A DNA stretch of 64,000 nucleotides. It comes from Candidatus Poribacteria bacterium. Its GTDB lineage: Bacteria > Poribacteria > WGA-4E > WGA-3G. Of this stretch, positions 51,267-61,100 are shown piece after piece. The first letter of the stretch is position 1. Each line of letters opens with the position of its first letter. Below the pieces are notes generated by a model. The model made no database searches. It was not told where the DNA came from and saw nothing but the letters and a program-made list of their open reading frames with translations. A program made the position numbers and the translations under genes. The stretch covers positions 1,472,001-1,536,000 of the forward strand of contig CAXXUA010000005.1 in the NCBI GenBank assembly GCA_963663765.2. The letters run 5' to 3'.

Positions 51267-53657
51267 CTATTGTGGACGTATGATGAGTTTTATTTTTGTG
51301 CCTTTTGGTGGAATGACATCGGTGTTGACGCGATAAGTGCGGTCATCGGTGCCGCCGGGTAGAGGATTGTTGAGCAGCGCATCTGGGTCACGGTATACAG
51401 CGATGATATTGTGAAATAGTTGTGAAGTCAGTTGATTGTTTATAAGCCGTCCCCCCGTGAAGACCCAATGTGTTTTCTGCATGGGTTTTTGTGAGAGGGC
51501 ATTCCAAACCAGTTCTCGTGCTGTGTAGGATACAACTTCATCGCCTTTGTCCCATTCCACCCAAACTTGGACGTGCGATCCTTTTGGGTCATGTGGGTCT
51601 CCAACGACTGAGAGATTTCTACCGGGTTCAAGATCCAACATACCGAGTGCGATAAAAATATAAATCGTCTCTGCGTCAAGGATGATGATGCTTTCATGGG
51701 ACTTCCCAAGTGTCCCGCATGCAAAGAATTCTATGATTGTATCATCCGTTGCGATGTTGATTTCACCGGGAATAGTTATCTCTTTTTTCTCAGTATTTAG
51801 GGTGACATTTCCCAGCTGGTAAAGATTTTCACCGATTTTTTTGGGTTTTGCTAATTTCACATCTGTAGGGTCAGTGGATTTTGGGTGGATAGTGATGGTT
51901 ACCGATTCTGTGTTATCGCTTTTATTTATGTCTTCATAATCAACAAGTACGGTGACCTCTGTGTCTCCTTCCTGTTTGGGTACCCAATCAATTGTAACGA
52001 CAGATTCGCTAAGTTTAGCTGTCCAGAGGACATCTGTTGTTTTGATTTCAATGTCATCAGCAAAGAATTTGACTTTCAGCAATTTATCAAGGGGTGTACC
52101 GCTATTTCTAAGCGTTGTGCTGAGTTTTACAGGTTCCCCGACACGTGGTGCGGGAGGTGAAAACCGCAAACTTTTTGGTGTGACACTGATGTTGGGTTCA
52201 CTGGGTCCAACGAGTGCACGGCTTAATGTCATGACAGCGAAACATGTAGTGAGAAAGTCACTCTCCGTCCCGTGCCATCTGCCATCGGTTTGCTGGTTCG
52301 CAACCATCATTTGAGAAATTTCATCGTACCAGTTGTGTCCTGCTAAAGTATCTATTTTTGGTGGGATGTCGCTAAATCGTTGTAGGGAGAGCAGATAATA
52401 ATAGAGCCATGAATTTGATCCTGGATTTCGTGTGAGTGTCCAGTATTTTCTAAGCCAATTTATGCCGTTTTGTATCTGTTTATCTTCAACGGAAACACCA
52501 CATGCTCGGAGTGCCCATAGTCCTGTAGCGGTCATGCTGCCGTAGACACCGATTGCCCAAGGGGATCCGTCGTCCACTAAATTATAGACCCATCCGCCAG
52601 TATCTTTTTGGTTTCCGCGTATCCACTTTTCGGCACGTGTCCATGTATCTTGTGGAATTTGCAGACCCCACTGTTTTGCGGCATACAGTGCATAGATGAC
52701 CATGTTCATGTGCGCGCCGTCAGCAGTGTATCCGTAACCCCAACCGCCATCATCTCTTGGGTCAGCATATTCGCTGTCTTTTACGGGGAGTTGTTTTTCT
52801 ACTAATTGGTTCACAGCGAATTGTGCGCGTTCTCTATATTTTTCGTTTTCCGTTGCAACTAATACTGGTATGAGAACAGCGTATTGGTATACCTCAAGCG
52901 TGTTCCAGTCTTGCTCCAGAAGGAATGCAATTCCTTTCTGAACTGACAAGTCATTTTGCTTCCTTCCCGCTGCAAATAGTGCTTGTAGTGCCAATGAGGT
53001 TTCTTGTATACGGTCTTCACCGAAGTTCCAAACTGAGCCTGGGACAAAGTTTTCTGGTAGACCCTTTAGGCTTGCCTGACAGATAAAACAAGATAGAATG
53101 ATCTGGTTTTCGGTACCACATTGCAGACAAGTGCGGCTGCTCTTTCCTTGCCGTGATTCTATCCATGCGACCCCTTTGTCTATAGATGCTTGTATCTGTT
53201 GCTTCGTTATTGTGGGGAAGGATTTTGCTGTAGCCACGACAGATGCATGGGTGATGTTATTCGTATTGTCTGCTTCGTGGATATATTTATCACCCTTGGG
53301 ATTGACGACTGCGTAGATTTCAGTTTTGCCGGGGGGTGGTTGCCATTTTGCGGATATACGGTCGGTTTTACCGGGTTTCAGGTCTAAAATGACATCGTTG
53401 CTTAAGATTTGAAGTGGGTTGGTCTCTGGTTTTCCTTCATAAAGATCTACCAGTAAATCTTCATTCATCGTTGGTGATTTGGTGCCGATGTTTTTTACAT
53501 CAACCCAAATCGTTATCTCTTCTCCTTCAACGGGTGTTGGGTTCGAGAAGGTAATGCTTTTGGTGTCAACCTGAAAATCTGGGAGTTGCGCGTAAGAATG
53601 TTCGCATAGAAACATTATCGCGAGTATTCCAATGATGAGAGTGAATAATCTTTTCAT
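51267..53657 (-). CDS. Secreted CARDB + prenyltransferase/squalene-cyclase-like barrel + CARDB + YdjY-like domain protein
   Basis: PDFQV/E.D.TNN CARDB motifs; DGGWGY, TGGWVY and QTDGRW QW-repeats; C-terminal GKSHES...W.FTG. Confidence 0.7.
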   Translation of the reverse strand: MKRLFTLIIGILAIMFLCEHSYAQLPDFQVDTKSITFSNPTPVEGEEITIWVDVKNIGTKSPTMNEDLLVDLYEGKPETNPLQILSNDVILDLKPGKTDRISAKWQPPPGKTEIYAVVNPKGDKYIHEADNTNNITHASVVATAKSFPTITKQQIQASIDKGVAWIESRQGKSSRTCLQCGTENQIILSCFICQASLKGLPENFVPGSVWNFGEDRIQETSLALQALFAAGRKQNDLSVQKGIAFLLEQDWNTLEVYQYAVLIPVLVATENEKYRERAQFAVNQLVEKQLPVKDSEYADPRDDGGWGYGYTADGAHMNMVIYALYAAKQWGLQIPQDTWTRAEKWIRGNQKDTGGWVYNLVDDGSPWAIGVYGSMTATGLWALRACGVSVEDKQIQNGINWLRKYWTLTRNPGSNSWLYYYLLSLQRFSDIPPKIDTLAGHNWYDEISQMMVANQQTDGRWHGTESDFLTTCFAVMTLSRALVGPSEPNISVTPKSLRFSPPAPRVGEPVKLSTTLRNSGTPLDKLLKVKFFADDIEIKTTDVLWTAKLSESVVTIDWVPKQEGDTEVTVLVDYEDINKSDNTESVTITIHPKSTDPTDVKLAKPKKIGENLYQLGNVTLNTEKKEITIPGEINIATDDTIIEFFACGTLGKSHESIIILDAETIYIFIALGMLDLEPGRNLSVVGDPHDPKGSHVQVWVEWDKGDEVVSYTARELVWNALSQKPMQKTHWVFTGGRLINNQLTSQLFHNIIAVYRDPDALLNNPLPGGTDDRTYRVNTDVIPPKGTKIKLIIRPQ

Positions 53658-53771
53658 GGCACATCTCCCATACTCAAGTTAGAGGTTTAGAAGGTAGTAT
53701 CTTATTGCTATGCAATGCGTAGTGAAGAAATAGGACATGCCTGCAGGTTTTCAACAGTTGCTATTTGTCCA

Positions 53772-54731
53772 TCATTCGCTTTCCCAATAACCGATGGAGA
53801 CGGTTGAGGGTTGTGGTACATTGTTATAGAAACGTTTCTGACCGTTTGCCTTCCACTTACTTACTTCACCTTGGTATGATTGTCCGAGTAGATCTGCAAC
53901 CCATATTTCTCCGTCAGCGGGAGAATAGGTTACAGCGACGATTGCCATGCCTGCAGAAAATTCTTTTACTTTTGTTCCGGTCGGAGATAAATTTATCAGC
54001 ATATTATTATTTGATGCGACCCAAACGCTGCCGTCTTTTGGATTGACGCTGGGGGAAACAGGACTTGGGATGTCAACTTTCTTTACCAATTCCGTTCCAT
54101 CAGGTGATATACGTACAAGGGTGTTATCTTGTGTATCGGCAATCCAGACGTTGCCTTGATAATCTACAGACATGCCTCCTTTGGGTTCCTGCATAGGGGG
54201 TGCGGTTGCAACTTGATTTCCGTTTGCGTCGTAACGTCCGATTGGTCCTTTACTGTCAGCGATCCAGCAGCTGCCATCTTTTGGATTAACAACGACATCA
54301 AACCTGCCAATGTCATCATTGGTAGGACCGTCGGGTGGTATGACCTGAGCAAGTATTGATTTTCCATCTGCGGATACTTTACGGGTTCCGTCCAGTCCTG
54401 CTATCCAAACTGTGCCATCTGTGGGGTTAATAGAAATTCGTGTCGGTGCTTTGATGTTGAGAGGTTCTGAGAAAACATTGGCAGCAGGATCATATCTTGT
54501 AACTGCATTTCCAGCTGAATCTGCGATCCATACAACACCACTAACAGGATTGACTGCAACTGCACTTGCATTCGTTAGATCTTGTATAACGGTTGGGTCA
54601 GCTGCACCGTTTGCGTGTAATTTATAGACTTTGTCTCCACCACTGACAACCCAACATTCTCCATTATATTCTGCGTGTCCTATCACTGCACATATCATTA
54701 TTAGCATTGCTGCCCACATAAACTTTTTCAT
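53772..54731 (-). CDS. Secreted beta-propeller (NHL/Vgb-like) protein
   Basis: Signal peptide; repeated VNPxDGxVWIAD. Confidence 0.75.
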   Translation of the reverse strand: MKKFMWAAMLIMICAVIGHAEYNGECWVVSGGDKVYKLHANGAADPTVIQDLTNASAVAVNPVSGVVWIADSAGNAVTRYDPAANVFSEPLNIKAPTRISINPTDGTVWIAGLDGTRKVSADGKSILAQVIPPDGPTNDDIGRFDVVVNPKDGSCWIADSKGPIGRYDANGNQVATAPPMQEPKGGMSVDYQGNVWIADTQDNTLVRISPDGTELVKKVDIPSPVSPSVNPKDGSVWVASNNNMLINLSPTGTKVKEFSAGMAIVAVTYSPADGEIWVADLLGQSYQGEVSKWKANGQKRFYNNVPQPSTVSIGYWESE

Positions 54732-54768
54732 TGCTTGTATATCCTTTTACCTTCAATTTTGGTTCCGT

Positions 54769-55519
54769 CAGGACTTACGCACCCAACGGTAGGCGCGCTT
54801 TGATGAAGATTAATTTATTAATTCGGTAATAAATATTTCTCATACGGTAGGCGTGCTTTGTAAGCGCGCCACCCGATGGTAGACGTGCTTTGTAAGCGCA
54901 CCCCCGATGGTAGGCGTGCTTTGTAAGCGCACCACCCAACTGCAGGCGTGCTTTGTAAGCGCGCCACCGATGGTAGACGTGCTTTGTAAGCGCGCCCCCC
55001 AACTGCAGGCGTGCTTTGTAAGCGCACCACCCGATGGTAGACGTGCTTTGTAAGCGCACCCCCGATGGTAGGCGTGCTTTGTAAGCGCGCCCCCCAACTG
55101 CAGGCGTGCTTTGTAAGCGCACCACCCAACTGCAGGCGTGCTTTGTAAGCGCACCACCCGATGGTAGACGTGCTTTGTAAGCGCACCACCCGATGGTAGA
55201 CGTGCTTTGTAAGCGCACCACCCAACTGCAGGCGTGCTTTGTAAGCGCACCACCCAACTGCAGGCGTGCTTTGTAAGCGCACCCCCCAACTGCAGGCGTG
55301 CTTTGTAAGCGCACCACCCAACTGCAGGCGTGCTTTGTAAGCGCGCCACCGATGGTAGACGTGCTTTGTAAGCGAGCCACCGATGGTAGACGTGCTTTGT
55401 AAGCTCACCACCCGATGGTAGACGTGCTTTGTAAGCGCGCTGGAAACCGAAAAAATGCTGAATATTACACCATTTTCGTCATAATTCTTCATCAAATCAT
55501 GAAAACTGCGTAAGTCCTA
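54769..55519 (+). mobile_element. MITE family B expanded by ~19 tandem REP-B hairpins
   Basis: caggacttacgca...tgcgtaagtcct ends; two alternating linker types (ccgatggtag / ccaactgcag). Confidence 0.85.
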
Positions 55520-55828
55520 TTCGTAATAGAATGTATATAAAACATAGTAGAACTTGTGCTATAGATTGTAGCATTTTCCGTAGTTATTTTCAAGTTGTTT
55601 TGTGTGTGTGTCATGATTCGTTTGATTGTTTCATGTCACGGTGTTGTGAGCAATTGTGATGCCAATTGTCGTAAGCGAATGCTGTGTGGAATTATGTTAA
55701 TTTTTGCGAAAGTGTAATGGATATTGTCAGAAAATGGACAGTGTTGTTGTTAATTGGACAGTACTTGTGGGTTGATAATGTAGTCCATTGTCTGAAGAAT
55801 GATTTACTTTCTAACAATAACAAATTGC

Positions 55829-56393
55829 TCAGGGTTATTGATGGTAAATTACGGCATTAATTACACACTTGTACAGGTAGGAGCGACCTCCTGGTCGCGA
55901 CCGTTCCCTGCGGTGGTAGGAGCAACCTCACGATCGCAAACGTTCCCTGCGGTGGTAGGAGCAACCTCACGATCGCAAACGTTCCCTGCGGTGGTAGGAG
56001 CAACCTCACGATCGCGAACGTTCCCTGCATTGGTAGGAGCAACCTCACGATCACGACCGTTCCCTGCGGTGGTAGGAGCAACCTCCCGGTCGCGAACGTT
56101 CCCTGCGGTGGTAGGAGCGACCTCCCGGTCGCGAACGTTCCCTGCGGTGGTAGGAGCAACCTCACGATCGCGAACGTTCCCTGCGGTGGTAGGAGCGACC
56201 TCCCGGTCGCGAACGTTCCCTGCGGTGGTAGGAGCGACCTCCCGGTCGCGACCGTATGGAGACCATGTATCAAAACATTCGCGACCGGGAGGTCGCTCCT
56301 AACCAGAGAAACGAATAGAAAACTTACATGACAGCAAATATGGTAAATTGTAACAATGTAAACTAATTTTCAAATTTCACCATAAATAACTCT
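55829..56393 (+). mobile_element. MITE-like element containing 10 tandem 39-bp REP-A units and an inverted terminal copy
   Basis: cagggttatt...aataactctg ends; unit gtaggagc(g/a)acctc(c/a)cg(g/a)tcgcgaacgttccctgcggtg at 55877-56251. Confidence 0.75.
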
Positions 56394-56487
56394 GCACACT
56401 GTTTTGAAATCATTGCGATCTTTTTGAACATACGTTATAATTTCACTTATAGTAAAGTTTAATCATAAAACCGAAGGAACATATCAC

Positions 56488-58131
56488 TTGCCAAAGAAGA
56501 AAACCCCAATAGATCCCACGCAAATTCCACTCCCCTTAGAATCCGAAAACGACGAACATTTAGATATTTCCACGCTTGAAACATGGCTATGGGATGCTGC
56601 TTGTGTGATACGCGGCAAAACCGATGCACCCAAATTCAAGGATTTCATCTTACCGCTAATCTTCTATAAACGACTCTCCGATGTGTTTGATGACGAATTT
56701 GAAAAACAGAAAACGGAATACGATGATGAAGAATTGGCACGAGAGATTGTTAAGGCAGACCATGAAGACGCGCTAAAATCCGGACGTAACCCGATTGTCC
56801 GTTTCTATATTCCACAGGAGTACAGTTGGGAAGCACTCCGAAACCAGCCCGCGGATGGTCGGTTAGGACAGTTTGTTACCGATGCGATGCGCGAGGTCGC
56901 AAATAAAAATCCACGCTTACAAGGTGTACTCAATGTAGAGGACTTTAGCGAAACACAAAGCGGACAGCGACTAATCGACGACCAACGCCTCGAAAAACTT
57001 ATTGAGATCATTAGTCAACATCGACTTGGACTTGAAAATGCGGAGCCAGATATCCTTGGACGTGCTTATGAGTATCTGTTGCGAAAGTTTGCCGAAGGAC
57101 AAGGACAGAGCGCAGGTGAGTTCTATACACCGAAAGAAGTTGGTTGGCTAATGGCAAAACTGCTTAACCCCGAACCCTATTCAACTATTTACGACCCCGC
57201 ATGCGGTTCAGGCGGGCTGCTTATCAAAGGACGATTGCAATTTGATGAAACGCACCCCGATGAAAAAAGTCAAGCACCCCGCATCTATGGACAAGAACTA
57301 ACCCCTACAACCTACGCAATGGCAAAAATGAACGCCTTTCTCCACGATTTTATTAGCGCAGATATACAGATAGGCGATACTTTCCGTAACCCACGTTTTG
57401 CCGCTGACAATTCAAAACTCCAACGTTTTGACTATGTGGTAGCAAATCCGATGTGGAATCAGAAGGAATATGACGATGACTTTTACGAAAATGATAATTG
57501 GAATAGGTTTTCGGACGGAACCCCGCCAAGTTCCTCTGCAGATTGGGCATGGGTGCAGCACATGCTCGCTTCTCTAAAAGATAACGGACGTGCCACAATT
57601 GTGCTGGATACCGGCGCAGTCTCTCGCGGTTCTGGTGCTAAACAGACTAATCGGGAGCGTGATATCCGCAAAATATTTGTTGAAAAAGATCTGATTGAAG
57701 GTGTAATACTGCTGCCCGATAATCTGTTTTACAATACAACTGCACCGGGCATTATCTTACTGCTAAACCGCAACAAACCGGAGGAACGCAAAGAACAGGT
57801 CCTGCTTATTAACCTCTCGCAGCATTTTGAGAAAGGAAAACCGAAAAACGTCCTAACCGATGAAGCAATCACAGCAGCAACTGAAGTCTATGAAGCTTGG
57901 GAATCGCGTGAGAAATTGAGTAACGTTATCACATTGGAAGATGCACAGAAAACCGATTACAACCTGAGTCCTTCTCAGTTCGTTGATGTCGGTGACAAGG
58001 TTGTACACCGACCCGTGAATGAAATATTAGCTGACTTAACAGAGGCGCGTATTGCTCGCGAAAAAGCGGATAACGCTTTGGAAGAGGTGTTGACGCAACT
58101 TGGAATGAATATGGAGGAATTAAAACAATGA
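56488..58131 (+). CDS. hsdM: Type I R-M methyltransferase subunit
   Basis: LWDAACVIRG, YKRLSD, GRAYEYLL, GEFYTP, YDPACGSGG; motif IV NPMW. Confidence 0.93.
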   Translation: MPKKKTPIDPTQIPLPLESENDEHLDISTLETWLWDAACVIRGKTDAPKFKDFILPLIFYKRLSDVFDDEFEKQKTEYDDEELAREIVKADHEDALKSGRNPIVRFYIPQEYSWEALRNQPADGRLGQFVTDAMREVANKNPRLQGVLNVEDFSETQSGQRLIDDQRLEKLIEIISQHRLGLENAEPDILGRAYEYLLRKFAEGQGQSAGEFYTPKEVGWLMAKLLNPEPYSTIYDPACGSGGLLIKGRLQFDETHPDEKSQAPRIYGQELTPTTYAMAKMNAFLHDFISADIQIGDTFRNPRFAADNSKLQRFDYVVANPMWNQKEYDDDFYENDNWNRFSDGTPPSSSADWAWVQHMLASLKDNGRATIVLDTGAVSRGSGAKQTNRERDIRKIFVEKDLIEGVILLPDNLFYNTTAPGIILLLNRNKPEERKEQVLLINLSQHFEKGKPKNVLTDEAITAATEVYEAWESREKLSNVITLEDAQKTDYNLSPSQFVDVGDKVVHRPVNEILADLTEARIAREKADNALEEVLTQLGMNMEELKQ

Positions 58132-61100
58132 TTGATTGGTCTAAACTTAAACAGTATGAACGTGATCAACCTCGTAGTTTTGAAGAACTATGCTATCAAA
58201 TTGCAAAAGGACTACATGGAGATGAAGGACGTTTTACTTTCATAGACGATAGCGGTGGTGGTGACGGAGTTGAATTTTATCTTACCTTGCCAAACGGTGA
58301 CCAATGGGGATGGCAAGCCAAGTTTTACCATCCTAACAAACGACTGAGTAATAGCAGTCGAAAGCAATCAATCATAAAATCTCTAAAAAAAGCATGTAAA
58401 ATGCATCCGCGTTTGAAAAAATGGATTTTATGTACTCCAACTGAATTTACAACACACAAAGATAAGAATAACGAACAGGATTGGTTTGACAATATACTTC
58501 CTAAGTCAATTCCTGAAAAAATGGATGTTGAACTTATACACTGGGGAGATAGTGAATTCAACAATTGGTTGAGTGAACCCCGCTTTAGTGGAAAGCGAAA
58601 CTATTTCTTTGGTGAACTTGAACTTGATTTTGACTGGTTTAAAACACAGTTTGACAAGCAGATGGTTGGTGTAGGTGATAAATATGATTCGTCCTTACAT
58701 ACCGAAACTAACGTAGATGCTGAGGTTCATGCACTTCTTGGTGATAAAGCATTTGTGCAACAAATCTATGGATGGATTGTAAAACTTGAAGAAGAACTCA
58801 CAGATTTAAAGGATGCAATTAATAATATCAATTCTCCAATTCCGTATATTGAATGGAATGGAGAAGAAAGGTCTAAGGTCATCAAGGCAGCTGAATCACT
58901 TCAGGATTTCTTGCTAAACATCAATATACAGTTGAAACAAACAGGAGATCTTTTGGTTGAAAAAGACTTCTCAGAAGTGCAGTCCATAGATTGGAGGTTT
59001 GCCCTTGATCAGCTTCACAAAACTTTTAATGCCTATAGAAAAGTTGTGATGGAATCTGGCATAACAAAAATGAAGTGTACTACTGAAAAGCAATATGAAA
59101 ATCAAGTTTTAAACTATGCAAGCAGTATTGTTCATGGACCGGATAACTTAGTTGCCAGATTATTGGATAAATTTTTTCCATCTGTAATCTGGCAAAACGG
59201 ACTTATCAACGAATCGGATCTGCATATCCTTGGGGATGCTGGAATTGGCAAAACTCACATCGCCTGCAATATCTGTGACGATCGATTGAAAAACGGATTA
59301 CCCGCACTATTTGTTCGTGGAAGTCAATTTAGGACTGATCAAGCAGTTGAAGTTCAGTTGCGAGAACTTCTTGACATTCCACCATCCTATAGTTGGCACG
59401 ACTTTTTGCAAGCACTATCAGCCGCTGCTGAAGCATACCATACCCGTATTCCGTTGATAATTGATGGGCTTAATGAATCGGTACAAAACGGCACTTTTTC
59501 AAATATATGGGAATTCGGACTAAAAGGACTCGTTCAGGAGATAGCACAGACGAAGAACGTTGTGTTAATTACAACATGTCGCGGGAGTTATAAAGAGGCT
59601 ATTTGGAAAGAGGTCAGTCCAAGAGAAGACATCATTCTGGGAATGGTAATTTGGAAAGATAAGGATTCACTAAATTTGGTTTACGCTTACGGATTCTATA
59701 CCGACGAAGTAAAGCAGGAAGCAATTGAAAAGTATTTCAACACATATAAGATTAAAGCAGATCTTACGTTGGCACCGTTGAGACAGTTTGAACATCCTAT
59801 CTACCTTAAGATTTTCTGTGAAACTAAAAATCGAGAACGTAAGACCGTGAAAGAAATTTATGTTGGCGAGCAAACGCTATTTGAAGTATTTGAGGAATAC
59901 TTAAACCGATGTAATCGAGCAGTGTGTGAGCGTCTGGGTCGTCATCCGAAAACAAATATAGTCAAGCCAGCCTTGAACAAAATGGCGGAGTACTTGTGGC
60001 AACATAGCAGTCGCGAGATTCCCTTTGAAGAATTGGTCCGCATTGTAGACGGTCAACCCCGTGAACATTTGGATTGGCCGTCATCAAAAACGCGTGCCAT
60101 AGAAAGTGAAGGGTTGTTAGTCTATCGAGATTGGACAGGCGTTGGTGAAGTGATGCATTTTACCTATGACCTACTTGGAGGTTATCTGATTGCAAAATAC
60201 TTGGTTGAACAAGCTGCTGACGATGTGCATGGATTCTTAAATAGTAAGGAGACGACAGCAGTTCTATTTGGCAAAGATCATCAAAACTTACACCCGATGC
60301 ACGAAGACATTAGCAGATGTCTGGCTGCACTCCTACCAGCCAAGACAGGGCATTTTCTGCACGAGCTTTCAGATAATGAAAAGATATTCGGTTTATCAAT
60401 TCGTGCATTGTTTGAAATTTCACCACAAGATATAACGGAAAATTGTATACGTCTCGTTGCCAATTTCTTTGACGAATATAAAGAGAACCGAGATTGGTTT
60501 CTTAATTTAGCAGAAACCACCGTTGGACATTCCGATCATCCGTTCAATACTTCATTCTGGTCAGATCAACTTTCTGCCTTGTCTATGGTTGAAAGAGACT
60601 TAAGTTGGACGGAACACATCCGAAATAACCGTGAAAAATTTGAGGAGTTGGTGAAACGCTTTGAAAAAACTTCAAGGAACGACAAAGACATATCTGAGCT
60701 AAGTGCGAAACGCCTACATCTTTTAGCAGAATACATTATGTGGATTCTTACTTCAACTGTCAGACCATTACGTGATATAGCAACACGCGCACTTTACTGG
60801 TATGGACGAAGGTTTCCTCAAGAATTTTTTGATTTAGTCATGAAGTCTTTCACAATTAACGATTCTTATGTCTCTGAACGGATGTTAGCAGCAACTTACG
60901 GCATTGCAATGGCACGTCAAAACGATTTTGATGATACCAGTTTTGTGGATGAGATGTTACCTAAATATGCAGAACAATTGTATGAAAGCATGTTCAAGCC
61001 TAATGCACCGCATGCAACAACACACATATTAGCTCGTGATTATGCAAAGCGAACGATTGACATCGCCTTGATACATCACCCAACCTTACTATCGGATGAA

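Noticed and set aside
54845-55440. CRISPR array
   Set aside because: Linkers are short (~12-14 nt) and recurrent rather than unique spacers; no cas genes; the array sits within MITE ends
54775-55495. Three overlapping minus-strand ORFs
   Set aside because: All three frames are open only because the repeat lacks stop codons
55877-56251. CRISPR array, or the repetitive ORFs 55799..56302 and 55857..56273
   Set aside because: Pure 39-bp tandem REP repeat without spacers; the ORFs arise from the repeat period being a multiple of 3
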